A DNA stretch of 63,625 bases, counting the filler, from Nemertoderma westbladi (taxonomy: Eukaryota > Animalia > Xenacoelomorpha), in NCBI GenBank assembly GCA_032718475.1. It is 3 parts of 3 records of this genome, joined end to end, with 100 filler letters (N's around TTAATTAATTAA, not from the genome) between each part and the next. Parts side by side here need not be neighbours in the genome. Positions count along the whole stretch, not along the records: positions 42,251 to 63,625 come from JAUCBJ010008758.1; 2 more parts are not named here. One strand, written 5' to 3'. The position numbers and the translations under genes were made by a program. This document shows positions 48,441 to 59,586 of the stretch, in pieces (position 1 is the first letter of the stretch; each line of letters begins with the position of its first letter). The notes beneath the pieces are model-generated. The model made no database searches. It had not been told where the DNA came from and saw only the letters and a list, made by a program, of their open reading frames with translations.

Positions 48441-51145
48441 CATGAAGTCCATCTTTTACGAAATTGAAAAGTTAAGACATTTAATTGGGGATCCTCTAGA
48501 GACTCCGAAGTAATGACATTTGGGCTACCGGTACGGTACTGCTGTACTGTGCATTGGTAAGTATGAAATTGCAGAATAAAAATTTGAGCCCACCTAGCGG
48601 ATTAATATATGATTGTATATCGAAAGAATACATTTATAGCATGGGGTATGGGGTCCGAGCCACGAAGTTGGCACTGATGAGCCTCATGTTGCTCGATGGC
48701 CCCACGAACGTGTTACAATAGTCTGTAGGCCTACTACACTACACCATGTCCTGGAATATAGTATTGTTATTCAGGTACCTGGCACCCCCCCCCCCCCCCC
48801 CCAAATTTTTCTACAAATCTTAATGAGATTGCATGAAATTTGAAATAGAGATAGTTTCACCTCCCTCCTGCTCCGTGGGTGAGCCATAATTTTTATTTTT
48901 GCTTTCAATCTTTAGCTACAAGTGTTTGAAAAATGTGTCTTCGGCGATATTTCACAGGTCACAGTGCAATCAGTCTTCAACCTTATAGTGATTTGATGGT
49001 ACCAATAGAAAGCTGGCCGTGCAAGGATTCCCAATCTGTAAAAACATTTGAATTTGGTTGGGAAATAGCTGAGATATGGGCATCCGAATGTCGCATGTAT
49101 TTGCTTCCCCCCGCAGGCCATTTATTCTATTTAATAAACACACAATGTTCTAGAACATTTTGTTTATTCCATACGTATAGTAGTGACAGTTCCTTGGTGG
49201 TGTATTATATTGAAAATATTTTTTTGTTCAATAAACTACTTAACTAATTACCGCTAGTTATCTATCCGGCCTAACATGAGGCAATAAGTTCAGTAGTCAG
49301 CGCATTTTGCCAGTAGGCCTACAGTAGGCTATTTTGTGTAGTTATTATAGTTATTAGGCGAATGTTTTAAATTTCCCTCCATTGTACAGTATTTCCGGGT
49401 TGCTAAGGGATTTTATCAAATTGGGCTAGTAGTGGTTGATCAGTCAAAAGATAGCGGGCATTTAAGTAGGCCCACAGTTTTCGCTTAAAGTCGTTTTTTG
49501 GAACGTCTTTTTTCAGACGTTCAGACAGAAAAACTGTCCCAAAAAGGTTGTATAAAAACAGCTGAATGTATTTTATAATTCATTGATAACTGTATTTTCT
49601 TTTTTATATAATTAATTTATTTAATATTGAATATGTGATTGACCTACTGTAGCTCACAGCGCTCACTCAATAAGCAAATGATTGGTCTCTGGGTCGGTTG
49701 GAAAAAGACTATTTTCCCATGTAAAAATTATTTAAAATTATTAAGCATATAGTTATGTATCCTATGCTAAGTTTAATTTGAATTGTTGTTTTATTTTAGG
49801 TAATAATTCGTGACACTCCCTATACTGTATGTACACTATGAAAGTAATATAGATAAATTTTCGAACAATTTTTTGCAATAATTTGTATTTTAAAATATGT
49901 ACAAGTTAGCAATAAATTATTTAAAAGGTTATGAATATATTTTTTATTCTTTAAAGTTTTCAAAAATATACAATACTGGCTTCACTTGTTTCGATTTTTT
50001 AAATAAGTTCTGGAACTTATTTTTTTATTCTATAACTTATTTTTTCTTTTTATTTTACAAAATAGATAAAAAGAACAAACATAGCTATTTGTAGCTATTT
50101 GTAGCTATTTTTCTTATAGAACATTTTCCCGATTATTGCAAAAATAGATCTAGAACAATTTTTTAATTCTAGAACATTTAAATATTATTTATTATCATTT
50201 AAAATGGTCTAAAATTAAATTATTTGTTCGAGAACCTTTTCTTAATAAATACCTAACATTGATTTGGAAAATTAAAAAAAAAATTTAAAACCAGATTGAA
50301 TTAAAATAAAGTGAAAAAACATGATTTTGATTATGTCCCGATTTTCCATGTCCCAATTATTGCCCGGGACATAATCGTTCTTCTCCCTATTATTCTGGTA
50401 CCAGTTGTCCGCGGGGTCCCAATAGTTAGTATGCCAATATTCCGGGTACCAAACGGTCTGGGTCCCAAATGTACTAATCCGCTTCAAACGGGATCAGAAT
50501 ATTAAAAGTCGTAACACAATAATTATACAATATTTCAGTAATTATTATTAATTAATATGACCTTTGAATAGGCCTACGCACTTTCACATCCAAAATACAT
50601 GGAATTTGTAAAGATTGGTTATAATATATTTATCATCGTAAATACAAACATTTGCTAATAAACGTAACAGTGATTTATCAAAGACCAACATATGATTACA
50701 ATCAAGTTATCTATTTCCTTGCACACTCATAAGTTCACAAAGTCCGAATTTATTCCGAATTCATTAAATATCACTGCAAACTCAATTCTAACACAAATAA
50801 AATGCGAACATTCTTAGTATTTATTTCTCACAAGTTATCAACATTATCTATAAATGTGTGCTTGTAAAGGTATTGTCGGAAGTACATTAATAAATATTTG
50901 AACGATAATTATTAATCACAAAATACTATAATTAGTCCCGTCACTCTAAAATAAATTCTCGTATTAGTAACAAGAAACACAAAATAATTAATTTAATGTT
51001 TTACACTATAATAAACAAATGATTTGAGTTACTACAATATTACATGTGCTTTAATAATCTTTAATATTTTTATTTATTTTTATTCACTATTTTTTAATGT
51101 TTATTATGGCAAACAAATATAATTAAGTAAATAGAATTGCGCCAT

Positions 51146-51322
51146 CTAGCGTCTTGAACAAGTAAATAGCTTCTTCAAATCAGTTCTAAACCGAGAGTTT
51201 GCAAAAGTGTATATAATTGGATTCAGAGCGTTGTTGAGGTAGTACATATGTACCATAAACATTAAACCGGACTGCGAGATCGTGTTATTCATGAAAGCCA
51301 GTTCAATAATTGTATATTGTTT
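51146..51322 (-). CDS. Class A GPCR, final exon (ECL3-TM7-helix 8); absent from the ORF track
   Basis: ttattttcag acceptor. Encodes KQYTIIELAFMNNTISQSGLMFMVHMYYLNNALNPIIYTFANSRFRTDLKKLFTCSRR* (NPIIY motif). Phase 0 matches the donor at 57090. Confidence 0.9.
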   Translation of the reverse strand, partial: KQYTIIELAFMNNTISQSGLMFMVHMYYLNNALNPIIYTFANSRFRTDLKKLFTCSRR

Positions 51323-51419
51323 CTGAAAATAAGAAATAAATGTTTGAAATTAGTTGTAGTGAATTGTATTACCTTTTAAAAGAGGAGAGTAAAGAAAGAT
51401 AAATTAAATGCTACCATAT

Positions 51420-52724
51420 ACTGCTACGATCGGCATGCTGCATTGCAGTTGCATCATATATATATTACATTTATATTAAGAATGCTGTGCCGGCTTGTCG
51501 ACAAAATATCGCCGCCACAACTCCCTATCACCCATGACATTTGCTAGATCATCCGCATCTTCAAGGCCAGTGTCCTTTAAGATGCGTGTCAATAAAGTCA
51601 TGGGCTGTCCACCATGCTTATTCACTCCATGAGGCTGCCAAAGTACAAGATTATGCACTGGCTGGTCCTCACGGCGAAAGCAATGTCCTGCAAACCGGAG
51701 GCGATTTTGTTCTAGTGTCAAGCTTGGGGGAACCAATGAGACACCTCCAATGTTATAGTGTCTGGTTGGAGATGTGTGCATTGTACTTGACACAATGAAC
51801 CCGGCGTAGCATTCTTGTGAATGTGCCATCCAGAGATTTGGTGTCCTCAGCAGTTAGAGCCCAGCATGGATTCCCATAGAGGAGTACTGGAACTACTGCT
51901 GCTCTAAATAATCGGACCTTAAGTTTCCGAATAATTCTCGGTGACTTCCAAATCCTGGAAAGCCTATTCAAGGCTTCCAACGCCTTTCCCTTACGTATTC
52001 GAAGGTCCTCATCTGACTTCCGGATAAATGATCCCAGGTAACAGAAGTCGTCCACATGCTCAAGCATACCATCCTTGGAGCTTATGATAATCCAGTCAGA
52101 GACTTGCTGAGGACTTTCAAAGTTAACTGTCAAAATATTGGTCTTTCTGGAGTTAATAAAAAGACCAACACTATAGATGCAGCCTGTTCTAATGAGCTGA
52201 GGAGCCGTTGGGCTCCCTCTAGTGATTCTGAGAGTACTCCTAAGTCATCAGCAAAGTCTAGATCAGTTAGGTACTTAGCAGGATTTCCTCGACTTCTGGA
52301 GCCAGTAGGCGGAGTTATCATTACCCCATCATCATTATGATGATATAAGGACATGCGTAGAACATAGTCAACCACAATTATGAACAAGAATGGCGCAAGT
52401 GTGTCTCCCTGGAGGACTCTCCATAACATGGTTCTGTGTCACCGTCAACAGTAGACACAAATGTCGTCGAACTATCGTATACTGATCTGTTTGCTGCAAT
52501 AATTTCATCAAGGAATCCCATATAATGAAAGTATGCTAAACATACGTGGGAGAGAGACTGAAGCAAAGGCCTTGAAGAAGTCAACAAAGATAACAGCCAG
52601 ATGCCTGTCTTTCTTTTTTGTTAACCCTTCTTTTATCCTTCTAAGTGCCAAAATTGGCTCCATGGTCCCACGACCTTTACGGAACCCATTCTAATTTCCA
52701 CGATCAATGAGATTCCCCAAAAAG
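51420..52724 (-). mobile_element. LINE family B copy, frameshifted, inside the GPCR intron
   Basis: ORF pieces 51476-52587 match 25138-26550, including the 3' end. Confidence 0.92.
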
Positions 52725-52726
52725 AT

Positions 52727-52974
52727 GGGGTCTGGCTGGTTAATTTAAAACGATAAGGTTTTTAAGAATAAAACGTTATCGACCTCCTGGCGGTCTTCAG
52801 TACTCAAAATTCAGGAAAAAACGAAAAATACAAAAAATCTTCTTTGTAAGTTTGCGGTGAAAATTTTTAATATTTTTCGTTTTTTCCTGCATTTTGAGTA
52901 CTGATGAGCGCCAGGAGGCCGATAACGTTTTACTCTTAAACACCTTCGCGTTTTAAATTAACCAGCCAGACCCC
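52727..52974. mobile_element. Foldback palindromic MITE, 248 bp, GGGG termini flanked by AT
   Basis: GGGGTCTGGCTGGTTAATTTAAAACG...CGTTTTAAATTAACCAGCCAGACCCC with arms of about 110 bp. AT on both sides, as in ISL2EU-like elements. Confidence 0.85.
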
Positions 52975-54152
52975 ATAATAATTGTCGTTATTATACTTAA
53001 TACTACTTACCATAAATGAGCTTTTAAAGACCTCAAGGGGGACATCATCTACTCCACTGTCACGATTGGTTTTATCTAGATGGTGTACCTATTGCTTATA
53101 TTTGACAGACAGATAGTCGGATAGTCAGAACGACCGACAGACAGACACACAGACAATCTAGATTTCATTTAAAAGTGAAAACTGACCCCAGAAAGATAAA
53201 CCAGGAAAACCCCCATAGCAAAATTCTTAGCATGAGTTTATGCTTTCTTGTTGCTAGATATATTATTGACAGACACTCTCACATATTAACAGACAGTTTT
53301 TGCGCGGGAAGGTTCAAACTTTAAAGGCAATTAACTCGGAATGGAATTTTTTCATTCCTATGAAATTAAAGCTGCTACTCTTCTGCCAATTTTTAATTTT
53401 TTTTATGAAATTTGGATACAGTAATCACAAACTTGGTGTTTTCAAAAGAATTGATCAGAATTTTAAAATTTTGATCCTAACTCATTTATTGGCTTCGAAA
53501 TGTGAAAAATGCTAATTTTTAAAAATATAAAAATAATTAATTACTTTGGTAATAAAATTGGAAATTATAAATATCAAAAAATGTGGACCAATTCTTTTAT
53601 CCTAATTATTTATACGAAATAACTAGCTATATAACTAATGTTTGTTCGAAGAATAGTGTTTTTAGTAATAGTAATAATTTTATGCTACTACTTAGCACTA
53701 AATTATTATAACTATATTAAAACAATTTTTTTTAAACCATCTTCCGTTATCGATTAACCCTTAAACAAAAATTATTCATTTTGGACAAAGCCTTGCCCTG
53801 TTACCTTTGGTTTCCTTTGACTGTGTTAAAATAGCGCTACCGCCCCCCCCCCCCCCCCCCTTAAAAGACCTTGTTTTCAGGGAAAATAGAGAAATTGTTT
53901 TTTCCACTCTAAAATTTGTAACTCAAAAAATCACGGACTAAGTAATAATTTGGACATCTTTTATATTTATATTTTGTTTGTAGTTATTTTGAAGCTGTGA
54001 TTTCTAGCATGAAGAAATTATTTTATTTCATATACTGTAATAATGTTATATTGTGGAATACGATATATTATTAATGCCCTATACACCTCCATAATCTCCG
54101 TTACTAATGTGTTTTTCAATATGATATCTGACACTGCGTATTTTGTACCTAG

Positions 54153-56820
54153 AAGGCGCGGACATCAACCAGCATTGGGTCTCGATAATTTGAAGTGCAA
54201 CTTCACAAAACTCTACTGGTCACATACCATAGAAGAGGTTAATTGTTCATATCTTGTTGGATCAGTATTACCCAGAATTTATGCGAGTTACAGTGGACCA
54301 AAGGGGGGTTTAACGGCGACTGATCGCTGCAAATTAGTCTGTAGTATTCGGGGAAGGAGTGTGTCCGAACAAGTGTCTGCCCCACTAAGCTCCTCAAATA
54401 TAGGATACTCGTTTGGTTCTACAGACAACATTGTTAATCTTGTTAAAGGTCAAGTTAATAAAGATGTTTCCTTATTATGCGAAACTTTGGAATCCAGGAA
54501 TGCAGAAACTACAACTCCTTTGAGTGAAGATGCTAGTGAGATTTTCCTTAACTCGGTAAGTACAGTATCACAAGCTCTTACAGAAAGCACATATAAGGAT
54601 GGAGATTGTTCTACAATAGCTGGAGATAGTCTAGAGTTGATTCAATCAAAACTCCGTACCGGATCGAAAGAAAGGGATTTATCCATCCAGCATAATTCAT
54701 TTCAAGTTTTGACAACACCAGCAGATATTCTTCAAACTTCTTGTTTTAATGAAAATACAGATGTTGACGTGGTCCGTGACACAATGTCTTCTGTTGCACA
54801 AACATCAACAACTTCAGCTCTAATTTATGATGATTTTAGCCCTTTTTCAGAAAATTCTGGTGATATGTCGGAGCTCTTTTTCAACAATGTTATTAATGTT
54901 GAATCTATTGGAAGCGAGGATGAACTTAACCGATTTATTACTGAAGATAGCAATGAAATAAGTGCTTCCTATGGAAAAATTGGTGGAGACGTCATAGTTG
55001 ATATGACCCAGACTAATTCCTCAACAGCTTCTAGCAGTGACAAACAAACAGATTCAAAGAACTCACTATCATTTTCAATTGCCAACCTTTTCCCCCAATT
55101 TCTTAGATTGGAATTAGATCAGCCAAGTAGTTTTAAACAACGAAAGAAGCGAATGTCTCCTCAATGTTCAATAGTACGTTCAGACTCAATTAAAGACATA
55201 ATTTACAATAACATCCAGTGTGATGATACTTCATCTTCAAATAGCTCATTCTATATCTGCATTGATCAGCCTGATAAAAATGTAGATGATTTTAAAGAAG
55301 GAAGATTTGTAAGTTTACCAGTTGAAATGGAAGGCACTATTGCGCAGCAGGGTTGTAGTAGCTCGAGTAGGGGGGGCAGTTGGACAGAGTTGTCAGAAGA
55401 ATTAGCTTCTACTGCTAGCTCGGACAGTGTTACTCATCCAGAGTCAAAAGCTCCTATTACGCGATCTATAATTAAAAAAATAAAAAAGCTTACCCGCAGG
55501 AAGACACCATTAAAGAAGCAAAGTAAGAGTTTGGACTCTATTTTGGTGATTGACAAAAAGTCCAAATATTCTTCGAGTTTGTCTGAAGATCTCAAATTTA
55601 CTCGCTCATATGCACACAGGAGTCTACCAGGTAGTTGTGACATGGAGACCCAACCTGCAGGATGTACAACCTGGGATAGACCCAATGAACGAGCATTTGG
55701 ACTTTCTGCTTCCTTGTATGAAAAAGACTTTTTAACTGGGGAATTGAGTGGTGATCCTATAGCGGATTGTTATGCTGTTTGCGCACGAGAGAACTCTGGG
55801 ATCTTAATTATTGCTGATGGAGTTAGCTGGGGTGCTAAGGCCCGTGTTGCTGCATGTGCTGCTGTTTATGGTGCTATGGCTCACCTTAATAAAACTATAT
55901 ATGGTATAGAAATAGACTCAATTACTGAAGTTCTTTATATTATTCGAGACAGTTTATATAAGGCACATGATCTTATAATAGAAGAGAATGGTACATTGAC
56001 AACATTAACAGTAGGAGTTGTTGTACCTATTGGTGGTAATCAGGTCGAAAAATACTGCATTTGTATTGCAACAGTTGGTGACAGTCCTGCTTACCTATAC
56101 AATAAGGATTTTGGAGTGAGGGAGTTGACTGCTGGTAGTCGTGATCCACTGATAGCCAGAAACATGGCTGATGCTGGTGGGGTAATTGGACCTTGTCTTT
56201 ATGGTTCCCAACCTGATATGTCCAACCTTACATTCATTGCTTGTGAATGTCATCCAGGTGATATTGTATTCTTGACAACTGATGGCATAAGTGATAACTT
56301 TGATCCGATTGTTCTTAAACGTGGTATTGCAAAAAGAATGAATGAGAATAATACCATGGAAAGAGGAAACAATTTACCTCATTACACTCCATATGAAAGA
56401 TCTCGAGCTGCTGAGAACCTTATGGGTGATACCTTAAATGCTTGGGCAGCACAGAGAAAGTTGCCAAACACTCCATGCAATGCACAGGATGTTTGTTGTT
56501 GTATGATTCAATATGCCCTAGAACACACCCAAGCAAAGAGGCAGGCAATGGAGGATACAAACAAATCTCTAGTTGATTCTGCGGAATTGAGTCCAAAATC
56601 ACGTAGAAAGTTTGAGAAAGAGTCTCGAGTTTGTGTTAAACAAATACCTGGAAAGTTAGACCATGCCACAGTAGTTGCTTTACAAGTCGGTTACTATGGG
56701 ATTGAGAGTGAACTTGTGACACAGGATGATGAGGGATTCAGAGAAACTAGAAATAAAACAGCTAAACTCCAACATCAGAAACAAGTCAAAGTTATACAGA
56801 GTACTTTGGGTAGGATGTAA
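54153..56820 (+). CDS. PP2C-like domain protein (Drosophila CG9801 family), large terminal exon
   Basis: ORF 54043-56820, likely entered at the ttttgtacctag acceptor (54152). Motifs YSGPKGGLT, GDPIADC, IADGVSWG, VGDSPAY, GDIVFLTTDGISDNFDP and GKLDHATVV. Confidence 0.88.
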
Positions 56821-57090
56821 CTATAGTGTGTCTGAGATTATATGCTATATATTATTTCTTTAATTTTATTTATTGGAAAAATATTTGGAAATTATTCAAA
56901 AGTTAGTATTAATATCTGCTCAACTATGCTTAGCAGATATCAATTAATCATACACACTCATAGCATATGTATGACTCATACTCAACAATTATTAAAAAGT
57001 TATGCTCATAAATATTATATATTTTATAAATAACTGGAAAATTTCAAGTTGATTATAAAATGAAGACAATCAATCACTGATAATAATTAC

Positions 57091-58155
57091 CTCAATATCT
57101 CCTTTGTATCTCGCGATGTAAATCATATCCAATCTGCTAATAATCCAATATGGGAGCCAGCAGAAGACGAATGAGCAGGTAACAATGAGAAGCATTGTAG
57201 CGGTTCGCGACCGCATAGATGTTGGCTTACGAGCGCCATGCGCCCCTCGAAATGATGACTTATGCTTCTCACCCTTTCGCGGTGGATCATCACACTGGGA
57301 AGAAGTACTTGGACGACGTCCAGGTAGTAATTTGGGCCCATTAACACCAGTGGAGCATTCCTCCTTCTGTTTCAATGGAATCATTGAAACTTCCACTTCA
57401 GCCGTACTGGCCAAAGAATATTGGCCTCGGTTACTAGAAGGAGCAGCTGTCTGTTTCGAAGGTCCACCAACCATTGCTTTCCGTCGCATATCTTTATCAT
57501 ATACTGTTTTAAACACCAATATATATAAAACTATGATTATCGCAAGCGCAACTAAAAAGGTTATAAAATGAATATATGTTGAAAATATTGTTCCAACATT
57601 CTCGAACTTTGGATTAACTTTGCATGACATTGCTTGGGCTGCCCGGTTGAAAATCTTATCATATATAATGACATTGGACATCCCGAGAGAGATACCCAAA
57701 AATGCTGCAAAGAGGACCATTGCCTTAGCACGAAATATCGTGATCGGAGGACCATAGGGTCGGCATATAGAGTTGTAGCGATCAATTGCTATTATAACGA
57801 GAACAAACATCGATGAGAATAATCCAGCAACTCTCAATGCCCCTAAGAGTTTGCATTCCACACCAGACTGCCAAGTATAACTGGTGAGTCTATGGAAGGA
57901 ATCTATGGGGTTCACCACAGAGCACACTATAACATCAATACCTGCTAATGATTGGATGAATAATGATGAAGTGGCACCTCTAGGACCCTCATTTCTTCTC
58001 TTTTTCCGGTATATGTGGAGTACTAGGCTATTTCCTGCTGTTCCTATAAGAAATACTATCATCTGCAATGAGCACAGCAGAAAAGCATTTTTATCGATTA
58101 TCACTCTATCCTGTGGGATAGATTGGTATGTTGTGTTGGTCGTGTTGTTCTCCAT
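57091..58155 (-). CDS. Class A (rhodopsin-like) peptide-receptor-type GPCR, TM1-TM6 exon
   Basis: ATG at 58155 after a tttttcag acceptor. N-glycosylation sequons, GTAGN (TM1), LAGID (TM2), AIDRY and CWLPYW. Donor GAG|gtaatt at 57090. Spliced product is about 413 aa. Confidence 0.92.
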
Positions 58156-59107
58156 GATCAATTCTGAAAAAGTGAAATAATATAAAATTAGCTAGCTTCT
58201 ATCAGTCCTTACTTTCTATATGTAAGTATTGTATCTCATGAAATGAAATAGTCCTTACTTTATTCCCAATTAAGGGAAGTATTTGTGGTCATATATAGTC
58301 TCTTTATAGTAATAATAATATTAATAATAAATGCATATATACTGGTAAATAGCCAGAAACACAATGCATTTTTTTCTGACCATATTATTATATTTGGATA
58401 TATATTATAGTAAATTATAAAAAAATTGGAATCATAAATTGATAATAATATATAATTTTATAATTATTATTAGTAATTAATAATTTAATTAAAACATTAT
58501 CTATTCTTTGAGTACTATCACATCTTTTTATGTGTATTGATATCACTCTCCAATCTGGGTAGTATTTTTATTTATTTATTATAATTGCTTTAAATTCCAT
58601 GTATTTCTTAATACAGGGTGGTCTCCTTAAAAATTTGACACAGCTCAATCAGACGGAAATTATAATTTTAGAGTCGGATGAAGACCCTGATAATTTTTCT
58701 AACTTATTTAAAAAATGATACAGTTTACAAATGTAGCACTAAATATTAAAATCGACTATTGATATACGACTACTAACTCCAGTAGTCGATAGACGGTTTT
58801 TTACCACACTTAAGTAATGTGAAAAAACTTTCAGATTTTGGCCTTGATTAATTATTTACAAACCTATATAACTGAACCTGTACATCTGTCTAACTTTCAA
58901 ATCTTGCGGACTGATGGGTGGATATGGTTTAAAAAAATATATTTTTTAATCATCTATGTTCATGTGGTAATTTTTCGCTATTAGAGGAGTAATCACTATA
59001 TTTTTTTATTTAATTAAATTATTTAAATAGTAGACTATAAATGGAATAACTCAAGATCAATTCAAATGCTGCGCTAGTGGTAGTGGATCTTCCAGAATAT
59101 CAGAGAC

Positions 59108-59586
59108 CCCACAGGTGTTGCTTGAGTTTACTGTACCGAGGATGGAGCCCACAGGTGTTGCTTGAGTCTACTGTACCGAGGATGGATCCCACAGGTGTTG
59201 CTTGAGTCTAGTGTACCGAGGATAGATCCCACAGGGGTTGCTTGAGCTTACTGTACCGAGGATGGAGCCCACAGGTGTTGCTTGAGTCTACTGTACCGAG
59301 GATGGATCCCACAGATGTTGCTTGAGTCTACTGTACCGAGGATGTATCCCAGAGGTGTTGCTTGAGCTTACTGTACCGAGGATGGAGCCCACAAGTGTTG
59401 CTTGAGCTTACTGTACCGAGGATGGAGCCCACAGGTGTTGCTTGAGTACTGTACCGAGGATGGAGCCTACAGGTGTTGCTTGAGTCTACTGTACCGAGGA
59501 TGGATCCCACAGATGTTGCTTGAGTCTACTGTACCGAGGATGGAGCCCACAGGTGTTGCTTGAGTCTACTGTACCGAGGATGGAGG
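59108..59586 (+). repeat. 40-bp minisatellite, 12 copies
   Basis: Unit cccacaggtgttgcttgagtctactgtaccgaggatggag. Confidence 0.95.

Noticed and set aside
48650-48710. CTGATGAG hammerhead-like core
   Set aside because: No GAAA box or closing stem I could be found.
54043-54152. ORF-track N-terminus of the PP2C-like protein
   Set aside because: It is AT-rich, intron-like sequence ending in a plausible acceptor. The true start is probably in an upstream exon that could not be identified.
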